Assembly (NCBI GenBank): GCA_018385395.1
Contig: JAHBAD010000045.1
Location: forward strand, 1 to 46,820
Origin: Treponema sp.
GTDB taxonomy: Bacteria > Spirochaetota > Spirochaetia > Treponematales > Treponemataceae
Direction: 5' to 3'
Length of the DNA: 46,820 bases
Part shown: piece after piece, positions 27,267 to 37,833 of the stretch
Layout: each line of letters opens with the position of its first letter
How positions within the stretch are numbered: the stretch's first letter is position 1
Notes under the pieces: model-generated
The model's database searches: none
What the model was told of the DNA's origin: nothing
The model's input: the letters and a program-made list of their open reading frames with translations, nothing else
Translations under genes and position numbers: made by a program

Positions 27267-27372
27267 ATTCATTAAACGTATATAAACTAAGTAATTTGAT
27301 TTAATCCTAGTTTTTTCCTAACTAAATATTATATTGAATTTATGGCCTGGAATTATTAAATTTAATAGTGAT

Positions 27373-28437
27373 ATGTTTAAAATCTCCAAAAAGACTGCTA
27401 TTTTATCCATTCTTGCGGTAGCGGTTTTTGTTATATGTACAGTTTTAGTTTTAACCCGAAAGAAGACAGTGCCTTATGAAGTTCCGGTGCCGGCGGTGAC
27501 TATTGCAAAGCCTGTAAAGGGAAAAGTTTCAGAAGCCATTACTATTTCAGGTTATGTAGAAGCTAAAGACATGATTCCTGTTGTTCCATTTGTTTCGGGA
27601 ACTATTACGTCTTATCCTTACAAAGCCGGGGATTATGTTGAAAAGGATACAATTCTTGCAAAAATTGATGATGCGCCTTACCGTCAGCAGTTTCTTCAGG
27701 CTCAGGCGGCCTATTATGGATACGAATCCACTTTTACCCGTATAGAAAATCTTTATAAAAGCGGGGCTACAACCCAGCAGAATTACGATTCTGCAAAAGC
27801 TCAGTATGACGCTTCAAAAGCCCAGTATGATCTGGCCAAACTTCAGATGGAATACACGGAAGTGAAAGCTCCTGTTTCCGGCACAATCCTTATTGCCGAT
27901 TCTGCAGAAGGTTCCTTAGGCGCTACTACTCAGCCCTTAATGGTTCTTGCTGATATGACAAATCTTGTTGTGCGGCTTAAAGTACCTGAGAAATATTTTG
28001 ACCTTTTTGCTACACGTAAAGATGATATTTCCCTTACAGTAACAAGACCTGGTATTAAGGGAATGTATGATGATGCTGTAAGCCCTGCCACAATTGAAAA
28101 TGTGGCACCCTACATTTCTGCCGAAAGCAAGAACTTTCAGGTTGTGTGCCGCATCCAAGAACCGGGTGAAAGGTTCCGTCCGGGCATGTTCATTAAAGTG
28201 ACGGCAAATTATGCAGAGCATGATGATGTATTTGTCATGCCTGTAACTACAAGAAAACTGGACGGTTCCTGTTATATTTATAACGAAAATGACAATACCG
28301 TTTCTTTCCTTGAAATGAAAGATGTTATTACTGACGGTAAAAACTTTATTGTTCCCGATGAATATAAAAATTCCTTTTTTGTAACTGATGGTCAGAATTC
28401 TGTTTTTGACGGACAAAAAGTAAAGGTGATTGAATGA
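27373..28437 (+). CDS. RND efflux periplasmic adaptor (MFP)
   Basis: N-terminal TM, lipoyl halves (VSGTI...GDYVEKD; VKAPVSGTI), coiled hairpin, RPGMF. Confidence 0.93.
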   Translation: MFKISKKTAILSILAVAVFVICTVLVLTRKKTVPYEVPVPAVTIAKPVKGKVSEAITISGYVEAKDMIPVVPFVSGTITSYPYKAGDYVEKDTILAKIDDAPYRQQFLQAQAAYYGYESTFTRIENLYKSGATTQQNYDSAKAQYDASKAQYDLAKLQMEYTEVKAPVSGTILIADSAEGSLGATTQPLMVLADMTNLVVRLKVPEKYFDLFATRKDDISLTVTRPGIKGMYDDAVSPATIENVAPYISAESKNFQVVCRIQEPGERFRPGMFIKVTANYAEHDDVFVMPVTTRKLDGSCYIYNENDNTVSFLEMKDVITDGKNFIVPDEYKNSFFVTDGQNSVFDGQKVKVIE

Positions 28438-31400
28438 AACTTTCTGAGTTTTCCGTAAAGCATCCTGTCATCATTACAATGTGTCTCATTGTTCTTATGG
28501 TTTTCGGCTTTCTTTCTATAAGCGGAATGCCTTTGGAATTTATGACTGATATTTCCATGCCTCAGGCTATTGTCTATACAATTTATCCGGGTGCTTCGGC
28601 CGAAGATGTTGAACAGGAAATCTCCTCTGTTATGGAAGACGCCTTTGTAACTCTTCCGCACTTTAAGAAAGTTGACAGCGCATCCTATACTTCTGTTTCC
28701 TGGGTTACCATTACTTATGCCGACGGAGTGGATCCTTATGATCAGCTAGAAGAACTTAGAAACCGAGTCCGCGAAATTAAAAATCAGCTTCCGGAAGGAA
28801 TTTCCGGGGAACCTGTTGCCGTTGTAGGCGGTATTACAATGCTTCCTGTCATTACTTTTTCTGTAGGTGCGGGAAAAGATCAGGGTCGTGCAACCCGTTA
28901 CATAAACGATGAGCTTATTCCAAAACTTACACGAATTGACGGAGTTTCTTCTATAAATGTGGAAGGCGGAAAAGAACTCCGCATGAACATCAAACTCCGA
29001 ACGGATGACCTTGTTTCAAAAGGCATTTCCGTTACAAGAGTGTATCAGGTTCTGAATTATGGAAACGTAAACCTTCCTTTGGGAAATGCTGACCACGAAG
29101 ACCGTGCCATTCAGGTACGGTACGCCGGCGGTTTCAATTCCATTGATGATGTAAAAAATCTTCCTGTTGGCGTTGCAGACGGATCAACTGTAATCCGCCT
29201 TTCTGATGTAGCCGATGTTTATCTTGATTATCCTGAAGAAGAATACCGGGTTACAGACGGATACAATCCTCTTACAATTGTAAGCATTACAAAGCGAAAT
29301 GACGGAGATACTGTCCGCATTGTAAAACAAGTGAAAAAGGTTCTTGAAAACGAAGAGAAAAATCTTGGCGGGGCTGTGAAGTTCCATGTCATTTCTGATG
29401 ATGCACGTCAGGTATCTGCTTCACTGAAAACCGTAGTAACTTCGGGTATTGCAGGAATCATATTTGCCATCCTTGTAATTCTTTTATTCCTTGCCGACTG
29501 GCGTGCAACCCTTACAATCGGGCTTTCAATTCCACTTTGTATTCTGTTCAGTTTTATCGGACTTAAGATTTTCGGTATTTCTATAAACCTTATGAGTCTT
29601 TCAGGCCTTGTCATTTCTCTTGGTATGGTTGTTGACGGTAGTTCCGTTATGCTTGACCAGATTTACCGTTACTACAAACAGAGAAATCCAAAGACTGGTG
29701 AAGCTCTTTATACCGTAACTGGAAGTATTTATAAAGGCTGGGACGAAGTTGCCCTTTCTATTTTTGCATCAGTTGCAACAACAATGGTTGTATTTATCCC
29801 CATTGCGCTTCTGGACGGGCTTATCGGTATGATTCTTCATTCGGTTGCCATTACAATTATCATGGCAATCGGAGCTTCTTTCCTTGTTGCAGTAATTATT
29901 GTTCCATATCTTTTAAAACTTCTCCTTAAAGAAGGCGGACCTGCAGTCCGTGAAAAGCCCCGCAAATTTGACGTTCTTATGGATAAAATTGAACGGGGAT
30001 ACCGGAGAATTCTAGTCTGGGTAATTGCAAATAAAAAAAGTGTCCTTATCAGTTCTGTTGTGCTTCTCGTTTTTTCAGGCTTTATTGCGCTTCAGCTTGG
30101 TATCGCGTTTATTCCTTCAACAGACTCTGGAGACTTTTATCTTTCGGTAGACTTCCCGGTTGGAACAAGACTTGAAGACACTGAACGAAAAATGAAGAAG
30201 GCTGTAGACCTGATTTACGAAAAAGTTCCTGAAGTTGATAATATCGTTTTTTATATGGGGCGCAGCCAGAATAAAGGTATTATGACTATGACCGCAGGCG
30301 AGTGTGCTTATGCTCACGTTATTCTGGTTCCTGTTTCGGAACGAAAGCGTGACGTTCATTACATCAGCCAGATGATGCAGCAGGTCTGGAGCGATGCACT
30401 TCCTGATTCAAAAGTTTCCATAGAAAACGGTGGTTTTGATAAACTTGTCGGTTATGTTTCAGGCGGTGGTGGTTATGGTCTTACTCTTATTTCTGAAGAC
30501 ATGAACCTGCTGTACGAAACTGCAAGCGGTATCAAAGAGTTTCTTGAAACAGATCCTGAAGTCATTACTGCAAAGCTTGATACAGACTTTGATACAAGCA
30601 CTATGGTCATTGATATGAGTCAGGAATATTTAAGTTCTCTTGGTCTTACAAGTTATGAAGCTGGTATTACTTCTGCAATTTTGTTCCAGGGACTGGACGC
30701 CGGCCGTTACCGCGAAGCTTCGAGCGGTAAGCGCTACGATATAAAGCTGTTCTCGGACATTGCCGATGCCAACGTAACTTTGGACGATATTGCAAACGTT
30801 CACATTATTACTGACCGCGGTCAGGATGTTTCATTTGCAAACCTTGCTGATATTTACGTAGAAAAATCAGTTTCCCAGATCAATCATTCAGACCGTGCCA
30901 AAACAATTACAGTTTCTGCTACTCTTAAAAGTGAAAATACAAGCGGAGTTTCAAGCCGTGTAAATGATTACCTAGCAAAACATCCCCTTCCTGATGAAGT
31001 AGACAGTGCAGCAGGGGGTATCATGAGCCTTATCGGCGGCATGATAGGACCAATGATTACAGCCATGCTTATTGCCATTTTCCTTGTTTACACTGTAATG
31101 GTTATCCAGTTCGAAAAGTTCAAGCAGCCTCTTCTAATTATGATGACAATTCCTTTCTGTTTTATCGGAGTTATTACAGGACTTCTTATGTTCGGTTCTA
31201 CAATGAACCTTATTGCCATGCTTGGACTTATTTCTTTGTCCGGCGTGGTTGTAAATAACGGTATCATTCTTGTGGATTATGTTAATCAGCTTCGTAAAGA
31301 ACGCCGTCTTCAGATCGCCATGGAAAAAGGAAGTCAAGATAAAGACGGTGAATGGCATGTGGAACTTTCCAAGGACGAAGAAAATCAGCTGCTTCTTGAA

Positions 31401-31619
31401 TGTGTTACAGACGGCTCTGCATCCCGAATCAAACCGATTTTAATTACTACCCTTACCACTCTTTTAGGTGATATTCCAATGGCTTTAGCCCATGGAGAAG
31501 GGTCTGAAATATATGCACCAATGGGTCAGGCAATTTGTGGTGGTCTTTTGACTTCAACTGTCATCACGCTTATTCTGATTCCAACTTTGTATTATATGGC
31601 AGAAAAAAGGAGAAAATAG
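28434..31619 (+). CDS. RND efflux transporter (AcrB/AcrD/AcrF family)
   Basis: 1061 aa, YPGASAEDVE, GMVVDG, GVVVNNGIILVD, RIKPILITTLTT. Confidence 0.95.
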   Translation: MKLSEFSVKHPVIITMCLIVLMVFGFLSISGMPLEFMTDISMPQAIVYTIYPGASAEDVEQEISSVMEDAFVTLPHFKKVDSASYTSVSWVTITYADGVDPYDQLEELRNRVREIKNQLPEGISGEPVAVVGGITMLPVITFSVGAGKDQGRATRYINDELIPKLTRIDGVSSINVEGGKELRMNIKLRTDDLVSKGISVTRVYQVLNYGNVNLPLGNADHEDRAIQVRYAGGFNSIDDVKNLPVGVADGSTVIRLSDVADVYLDYPEEEYRVTDGYNPLTIVSITKRNDGDTVRIVKQVKKVLENEEKNLGGAVKFHVISDDARQVSASLKTVVTSGIAGIIFAILVILLFLADWRATLTIGLSIPLCILFSFIGLKIFGISINLMSLSGLVISLGMVVDGSSVMLDQIYRYYKQRNPKTGEALYTVTGSIYKGWDEVALSIFASVATTMVVFIPIALLDGLIGMILHSVAITIIMAIGASFLVAVIIVPYLLKLLLKEGGPAVREKPRKFDVLMDKIERGYRRILVWVIANKKSVLISSVVLLVFSGFIALQLGIAFIPSTDSGDFYLSVDFPVGTRLEDTERKMKKAVDLIYEKVPEVDNIVFYMGRSQNKGIMTMTAGECAYAHVILVPVSERKRDVHYISQMMQQVWSDALPDSKVSIENGGFDKLVGYVSGGGGYGLTLISEDMNLLYETASGIKEFLETDPEVITAKLDTDFDTSTMVIDMSQEYLSSLGLTSYEAGITSAILFQGLDAGRYREASSGKRYDIKLFSDIADANVTLDDIANVHIITDRGQDVSFANLADIYVEKSVSQINHSDRAKTITVSATLKSENTSGVSSRVNDYLAKHPLPDEVDSAAGGIMSLIGGMIGPMITAMLIAIFLVYTVMVIQFEKFKQPLLIMMTIPFCFIGVITGLLMFGSTMNLIAMLGLISLSGVVVNNGIILVDYVNQLRKERRLQIAMEKGSQDKDGEWHVELSKDEENQLLLECVTDGSASRIKPILITTLTTLLGDIPMALAHGEGSEIYAPMGQAICGGLLTSTVITLILIPTLYYMAEKRRK

Positions 31620-31621
31620 AA

Positions 31622-32764
31622 ATGATAAAGGCTTTAAGTAAAGTAAGCGTAATTCTTGCAGGTTTAATTTTAAGTTCCTTTGTTTTATCATGCTCAAGTG
31701 TTTTTTCAGGAGGAACCGGCGGCCGTGTTGTAGACGCAGAAAGCACATCAAATCCTAAAGAAGGAATTTCTGATGTAGAAGTTTATGCTTATACAAGTGA
31801 AAAAGACCGGGATTCTGATTTTAATAAATGGAATAAAACAGAACGTTTTTCTCCTTCTTCAAAATATTATGCCAGAACCACAACAGGAACTGACGGAAAC
31901 TTTGTCATTTCAAAATTGATGTGGAAAGAAATGAAGCCTGCCTTTGGAAAAGACGGCGATGTTTCTGAAGTTTATCTTCTTTTTTATCATGAGAATTACG
32001 GACTTGTAAAAGGCGGTACACTGATTGTTTCCGATTCTACTACTGACAGTATTTATGTAGAAATGACAAAGACCCGTGTTTCCACCCTTCTTTCTTTAAG
32101 CGTAATTGATGTTGCAACTGATTCTGCAACATCTGAAACGGTTCATGTAAAAGTGACAGTGCCTCAGACTTCAAAAGATATTTCTGTTGCAGACCATGTT
32201 ATCAAAGAAACTGATGTTACAGGAAACGGCGTTCTTTCTGTTTCTTATCCACGGGGTGAAGAACCTGAAATCATAATTGAATATGCTGTTTCTGGGGATG
32301 AAGTTAATTTCAAAGCCTGCTATAACGGAGACGGGGAAGAAGGAGAAGAATATGCTTTCCTTGGAAAACCGGTTGTAACAAAAAAAATTAAAGGCGATTC
32401 ATTTCCGGTTCATCTTTACGGAAAGAAGACAAAACTTTCAGTGCCTGTTGTGAACGGTACTTATGGGGATAAGGATTCGGATGAAAGTGACGGAAAAGTA
32501 ATCAGCATGAAAGGTGCTCCTGAAGGATCAAGCTTTGTTCTGGACTGTGGAGAAGTAACAACAGAATCTCGTGCCTTAGGAACAAATGGAAATGAAACTC
32601 ATGGAAATTTTTCAGGTCTTGGACAGAATTGTTATTTTAGGGATGAAACTTATAAAGGAAAATTTGCTGAGCTGAAAGTAAAATTTTTTGCAGAAGGTAC
32701 TGAAATTCCTGGAAGTGAAAAAACGTTGAAAACAAATGTCGCTTCATATTCTTTTAAATTTTAA
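31622..32764 (+). CDS. Lipoprotein of unknown function, beta-rich (carboxypeptidase-regulatory/Ig-like N-domain)
   Basis: MIKALSKVSVILAGLILSSFVLS-C lipobox; GRVVDA...ISDVEV...TTTGTDGNF pattern. Confidence 0.75.
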   Translation: MIKALSKVSVILAGLILSSFVLSCSSVFSGGTGGRVVDAESTSNPKEGISDVEVYAYTSEKDRDSDFNKWNKTERFSPSSKYYARTTTGTDGNFVISKLMWKEMKPAFGKDGDVSEVYLLFYHENYGLVKGGTLIVSDSTTDSIYVEMTKTRVSTLLSLSVIDVATDSATSETVHVKVTVPQTSKDISVADHVIKETDVTGNGVLSVSYPRGEEPEIIIEYAVSGDEVNFKACYNGDGEEGEEYAFLGKPVVTKKIKGDSFPVHLYGKKTKLSVPVVNGTYGDKDSDESDGKVISMKGAPEGSSFVLDCGEVTTESRALGTNGNETHGNFSGLGQNCYFRDETYKGKFAELKVKFFAEGTEIPGSEKTLKTNVASYSFKF

Positions 32765-32767
32765 TTT

Positions 32768-34153
32768 ATGAAAATGAAAAAATATTTTTCAGTATTTACA
32801 GTTTTCTCAATGATTGTTTCAAGTGTTTTTTCTTATTCGCTTGAAACTTTGAAGGAAAGCCTTTTTGTAAATAATCCTGAAATCCGCGGAGCGGAAGAAG
32901 AGTATAAGCGCTCTGTCATGGATTATAAAGACGCCCTTGCAGGTTATGGCCCCAAAATTGATCTTATGCTTTCCGGCACATATATGGTAAACCCGCCCGT
33001 TGGAAGCTTAAGCGTCAGCCTTGATGATATTTTTTCTTCTGTTGAATGGCCGAACGGAATAAAGCCTGCACGTACCGGACAATATGTAAAAGTTTTTGAC
33101 GGTATGGAAAACACTCTTTACAGTTTTCAGCTTTCTCTTGAGCAGCCTGTTTTTACCTGGGGAAAACTTCATGATGCATCAGTATTATATAAAAAGGTTT
33201 CTGAAATTCAGGAAATTAAATTTCAGAATACACGGAAAAAACTTGAAACTGAACTTGAAACCCGTATCACTTCTTTATGGTTCCTGAATAAAATCAGTAA
33301 GGTTCTTTTAGAAGAACAGTCTTATGCTGATGAAATGGTTTCTTTTTCTGAGGATGCTGAAAAATCAGGAATGCTTTTGCATCAGGATGTGGTTGAAGCA
33401 AAAATAAAAGCCAAGGAGCTTGAAATTGCACTTCAAGGTGTGAACGAGCAGATTACAAATCAGATGATTGAACTTCGCCGTATTACGGGAATCAGCAGCC
33501 TTGAATTTGAAGAAATTGATTTCGAATATGATGATTCTGTTTATGAAGAACTTTTGAAAGAAGACCGAAATGTGCTCTTGGAAAAAGCTCTTTCTGAAAA
33601 ATCCGATTCAGTCCGTATGGTTTCCAAAGCCCGTGACGTAAGTGATTATGCTCTGAAGATTTCAAAGAATTCAGTTTACTGGAAACCTGATATCGGACTT
33701 CAAATGAGTATGGGATATGGTGGTTCCCGGCTTCCGCTTTTGGAAACAAACTGGCTTCGAAAGGATGACTACAGTCTTAATCTTTCTCTTGGCGTAAAAA
33801 CTACAGTCTGGGATGGTGGAAAAAAACTTCGGGATGTTTCAAGATCTTTAAGTAATGCTGAATCGGCAAAAATAAATGAAGATTCTGTGAAAAGTACTTT
33901 GCGTAAGACTATTTCTGAACAATGGAATACATATGATATCAGCGAGATAAAAATTGAATATCAGACGCTGAAAATGGAAACCGAAGAAGGAAAAATCAAA
34001 CAGCAGGAAGTACTGTTTTCAAATGGATATGGTTCGAAAGCTGATCTTCTTTCTGCAAAAATGGATTTATGCAATGCAGAAATTGAAAAACTTCAAAATG
34101 AGCTTTCACGTGCCTGTGCCCTTATGACAGTGAAATTTCTGGTGTATAATTGA
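32768..34153 (+). CDS. TolC family outer-membrane efflux protein
   Basis: Signal peptide, NNPEI, QPVFTWGK, PDIGL, VWDGG repeats; last gene of the efflux operon. Confidence 0.88.
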   Translation: MKMKKYFSVFTVFSMIVSSVFSYSLETLKESLFVNNPEIRGAEEEYKRSVMDYKDALAGYGPKIDLMLSGTYMVNPPVGSLSVSLDDIFSSVEWPNGIKPARTGQYVKVFDGMENTLYSFQLSLEQPVFTWGKLHDASVLYKKVSEIQEIKFQNTRKKLETELETRITSLWFLNKISKVLLEEQSYADEMVSFSEDAEKSGMLLHQDVVEAKIKAKELEIALQGVNEQITNQMIELRRITGISSLEFEEIDFEYDDSVYEELLKEDRNVLLEKALSEKSDSVRMVSKARDVSDYALKISKNSVYWKPDIGLQMSMGYGGSRLPLLETNWLRKDDYSLNLSLGVKTTVWDGGKKLRDVSRSLSNAESAKINEDSVKSTLRKTISEQWNTYDISEIKIEYQTLKMETEEGKIKQQEVLFSNGYGSKADLLSAKMDLCNAEIEKLQNELSRACALMTVKFLVYN

Positions 34154-34179
34154 TATTAATTGAAAAAAAGGAAAACAAA

Positions 34180-35310
34180 ATGAAAACTTACAAACTTAAT
34201 GAAATTGAAAATCTTCACATTGCAGGTCGTACTGCAGGTGCAAATGAAAAAGGAGAACTTGCTTTGTTCTGGGCGGGAAGTGCCCTTGAAGTAAATGTAA
34301 AAACATCTGAAGTTTGGGTAGAAGTTGAAAGCGATTTTTCTTCCAGTGAAGTATGGCTTTGTATCTTTGTAAACGGAAGAAAAATTTCCCGCTTTATGGC
34401 ACCAAAAGGTAAAAGCAAATTCTGTATTCTTCGGGCTTTGAATCCTTCAAAAGAAAATCTTATTTCAATTATGCGCGATACACAGCCAATGAGTGGAGAT
34501 GTTAATCAGATTTTGAAAATTACTTCTCTTGAAGTAAGTGATGAAACTGAGTTTTTGCCGGTTCCTGAAAAGGATTTAAAAATTGAATTCATAGGAGATT
34601 CAATTACTTCTGGAGAAGGGCTTTATGGTGGTCCATGGGAACAGGACTGGATCAGCCAGTGGATTTCTGTTTCAGAAAATTATGCCGTAAAAACAGGATG
34701 TGCACTTAATGCCGATTTTAATATTCTTTCTCAGTGCGGATGGGGTGTTGTCTGCGGATGGGATAATAACGTCACTTCTGTTATGCCTCCTCACTATGAA
34801 AATATCTGTTCTCTTCAAAGCGGAGATATTCAGAAAAAGCTTGGTTCACAGGAGACCTGGGACTTTTCGAAATTCCAGCCTGACTTTGTTGTTGTGAATC
34901 TTGGAACAAATGATTCGGGTGCTTTCAATCAGCCTGCATGGAAAGATCCAGTTACGGGAACAGAATATAAAATGCATCTTGATGAAAATGGAAAACCTGT
35001 TCCCGAAGACGGAAATAAAATTGCCAAAGGCGTTACTGATTTTTTGAAAGCAATCAGAAAAAATAATCCTGAAGCAAAAATCTTGTGGGTTTGGGGAATG
35101 ATTGATATGCCTGAAGTTGGGGTATATGTTAAAAAGGGAATTGATAGTTTTATTTCTGAAACAGGTGACAAGAAAACTTCTGCAATGATTCTTCCTTCAA
35201 TGAGTCTTGAAAAAACTGATGAAGAAAAAGGAAGTCGTGGTCATCCAGGTCCTCTTACTCATCGCCTTGCTTCAGAAAAAATTATTGAATATATAAAAAA
35301 CAACAGATAG
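34180..35310 (+). CDS. SGNH/GDSL hydrolase, CE2-like acetyl esterase
   Basis: IEFIGDSITSGEG, NLGTND, GSRGHP (no Asp before His), N-terminal beta domain. Confidence 0.88.
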   Translation: MKTYKLNEIENLHIAGRTAGANEKGELALFWAGSALEVNVKTSEVWVEVESDFSSSEVWLCIFVNGRKISRFMAPKGKSKFCILRALNPSKENLISIMRDTQPMSGDVNQILKITSLEVSDETEFLPVPEKDLKIEFIGDSITSGEGLYGGPWEQDWISQWISVSENYAVKTGCALNADFNILSQCGWGVVCGWDNNVTSVMPPHYENICSLQSGDIQKKLGSQETWDFSKFQPDFVVVNLGTNDSGAFNQPAWKDPVTGTEYKMHLDENGKPVPEDGNKIAKGVTDFLKAIRKNNPEAKILWVWGMIDMPEVGVYVKKGIDSFISETGDKKTSAMILPSMSLEKTDEEKGSRGHPGPLTHRLASEKIIEYIKNNR

Positions 35311-35318
35311 AGGTTTTT

Positions 35319-36473
35319 ATGGCAGATCTGATTGATTATGTTACATGGCGTGCTGATGTCACCTTTGATTATTCTCCTTTCAATAAAATTGATGCCCTGA
35401 TTTTCAGTCAGATTTCTTACTTAAATCTTAAGGGTTTTGTTCCTGAAAGTTTTGATGAGGAAATAGTTTTTGAAGATTTTGCCTCTTTTGTTGATGTTCG
35501 TGCCCAGAAAAAACTTAAAAAAACTCTGGGACCTTTAATCAACCCGGAGACATTTGATCTGTTGATGGCAGCTTCTAAATCGGAACGTTTCGGTAAACTT
35601 AAACTCTGTGGTTTTCGTGATATATTCAGTAAAAAAAATTGTGAACAGTTTTGTGCCTTTACTGTAAAAGGGAAAGGCTGGAACTGTATTTGTTTTCGTG
35701 GAACAGATGAAACAATAATCGGCTGGAAAGAAGATTTCTATCTTGGATGCATGGATCAGATTCCTGCCCAAAAAGATGCCCTGGATTATTTTACAGATGC
35801 CCTGGATTCCTTAAAAGGAAAGTTCTATGTTGCAGGTCATTCAAAAGGGGGTAATGAAGCAATGTATGTTGCTATCAATGCCACTCTGAAACAGAAAAAA
35901 AAGATTTCGAAAGTATTTAATTTCGATGGTCCTGGTTTTGTAAAAGAAACAATGGAAAGTGAGAATTATAAAAATATTTCTGATAAAATACTTTCTGTTT
36001 ATCCCGAGTGTTCAATTGTCGGAATGATTTTTCATCATCCTTCAAATTTCGATATTGTTGAAAGCTCCGAATTTATTGTTATGCAGCATGACGCATTTTC
36101 ATGGAACATTATGGGAAATGATTTTGTAAAAAAAGATAAGTTTAAAGATGAAAGTATTTTCTTTCATGCAACTTTCAATCAGTTTTATGCAGCTATGTCC
36201 CGTCAGGAAATGAAAAATATTACAGATAAATTGTTTGATCTTTTTCTGAATACTGGTTGTAGAACCCTTGATGATATTGATGATGATAAATTACAGGTAT
36301 CTGCAAAAGTATTATATGAGCTTTATCAGCTGGACAGTCGGGAAAGAAAAGAAATAAAAAAAATGGCAGGAATGTTTCTGAAAGCAGGAAAAGGAAATTT
36401 CCCTCTCTTTAATAGTTTTAAACCCTCAATTTCAAGAAATAGTGGTATAATTAAATCACTAAAAAAAGACTAA
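35319..36473 (+). CDS. DUF2974 family alpha/beta hydrolase (lipase-like)
   Basis: FRGTDETIIGWKEDF, GHSKGGN, FDGPGF, QHDAFSW. Confidence 0.9.
   Translation: MADLIDYVTWRADVTFDYSPFNKIDALIFSQISYLNLKGFVPESFDEEIVFEDFASFVDVRAQKKLKKTLGPLINPETFDLLMAASKSERFGKLKLCGFRDIFSKKNCEQFCAFTVKGKGWNCICFRGTDETIIGWKEDFYLGCMDQIPAQKDALDYFTDALDSLKGKFYVAGHSKGGNEAMYVAINATLKQKKKISKVFNFDGPGFVKETMESENYKNISDKILSVYPECSIVGMIFHHPSNFDIVESSEFIVMQHDAFSWNIMGNDFVKKDKFKDESIFFHATFNQFYAAMSRQEMKNITDKLFDLFLNTGCRTLDDIDDDKLQVSAKVLYELYQLDSRERKEIKKMAGMFLKAGKGNFPLFNSFKPSISRNSGIIKSLKKD
36443..36451 (+). promoter_or_regulatory. Extended -10 promoter ahead of the FHA-phosphoesterase-kinase genes
   Basis: TG-G-TATAAT about 40 nt upstream of the FHA start. 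Confidence 0.5.
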
Positions 36474-36490
36474 ATATTCTGGGGGTTGAA

Positions 36491-36832
36491 ATGGATGAAA
36501 CAATAACAACTAACAGTCCTGTTGGAAAACATATCGATAAAATCAGCAGTTCAAAGAGCGCTTCTTATTTGATGTTTAACAACAGAAAAGTAAACCTTGT
36601 TGCAAAAATAACAATTGGTCGTGATACTTCAAATGACATTGTGGTTGATAATAAACTTGCAAGCCGGCATCACGCTGTTATTCAGAAAATCAAAGATGCT
36701 TATTTTTTGAAAGATGAAAACAGTACAAATGGAACTCTGGTAAACGGCGTGAAAGTTCCTAAAGACAAATATATAAAACTTAATATCGGGGACCAGATTC
36801 AGATTGGTTCTATGGTATTCGTGATTTCATAA
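36491..36832 (+). CDS. Stand-alone FHA domain protein
   Basis: IGR, SRHHA, STNGT motifs. Confidence 0.93.
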   Translation: MDETITTNSPVGKHIDKISSSKSASYLMFNNRKVNLVAKITIGRDTSNDIVVDNKLASRHHAVIQKIKDAYFLKDENSTNGTLVNGVKVPKDKYIKLNIGDQIQIGSMVFVIS

Positions 36833-37833
36833 TGGATTTTTTTGAAACAAGACTTCCGTCTCATGATGAAATTTTCACTTTGTGTGAAAAAATGTCGGAT
36901 ATTCTCGAAAATGAAAAAGGTGATGCTTTTCCCTGGAGACCGGTTTCTTCTGATGGAACTGCAGGAGGTCTTTTAGATTTTTCCAATTCTGATATTCCTG
37001 TTCTAATTATTCCTGACTTACATGCCCGGCATTCGTTTTTAAAAAATGTCCTGAATTTTCGTATAGATGGAAAATCTGTTCTTGAAAACCTGGAGGAAAA
37101 AAAGATTCATCTTGTGTTTACCGGAGATGCACTTCATAGTGAAAAAACAACCCGTGAACGCTGGATGAACTGTTACAAAGAATACGAAAGCGGAATTTTT
37201 TCAGGGCCATTTATGAAAGAAGAAATGACCGATGGACTTTCTCTTTTAATGAATCTTTTTCTGTTAAAAATCAGTTTTCCTGAAAATTTTCATTTTTTAA
37301 AGGGAAATCATGAAAATATTTTGAACGAATGTTCAGGGGGAGATTTCCCTTTTAGAAAATATGTTGAAGAAGGGGAAATGGTGAAATATTTCATCAGTGA
37401 TTATTACGGAGATGATGTTCTTTATATGCTTTCGCTTTATGAGAAAAATCTTCCTCTTGTATATGTTTCGAAGAACTGTATTGTCAGTCATGCTGAACCA
37501 AGAAGAGTTTTTTCAAGGCAGGAAATTGTTGATGCCCGACTTGAAGAATCTGTTGTTTCGGGTATTGTCTGGACTGCAAATAATGAAGCGGAAGAAAACA
37601 GTGTTGAAAACACAGCAAGAAATCTTCTTGGAAAAAAAGGTCAGGGTGTAACATGGTTTGGTGGACACAGACCAGTAAATGGAAAATATGCTATGCGTCA
37701 GAACGGACATTTTGTTCAGATTCATAATCCGCTTCTTCAGAATATTGTATATATTAAAAGTGTACATAAATTTAATCCCGAAAATGATATAAGAAATGTT
37801 CTTTTAGATGTTAATAAGGAGAGCAAACGATGA
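36832..37833 (+). CDS. Calcineurin-like metallophosphoesterase (PPP-type phosphatase candidate)
   Basis: PDLHA, GDALH, KGNHE, SHA, GGH motifs. Confidence 0.88.
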   Translation: MDFFETRLPSHDEIFTLCEKMSDILENEKGDAFPWRPVSSDGTAGGLLDFSNSDIPVLIIPDLHARHSFLKNVLNFRIDGKSVLENLEEKKIHLVFTGDALHSEKTTRERWMNCYKEYESGIFSGPFMKEEMTDGLSLLMNLFLLKISFPENFHFLKGNHENILNECSGGDFPFRKYVEEGEMVKYFISDYYGDDVLYMLSLYEKNLPLVYVSKNCIVSHAEPRRVFSRQEIVDARLEESVVSGIVWTANNEAEENSVENTARNLLGKKGQGVTWFGGHRPVNGKYAMRQNGHFVQIHNPLLQNIVYIKSVHKFNPENDIRNVLLDVNKESKR

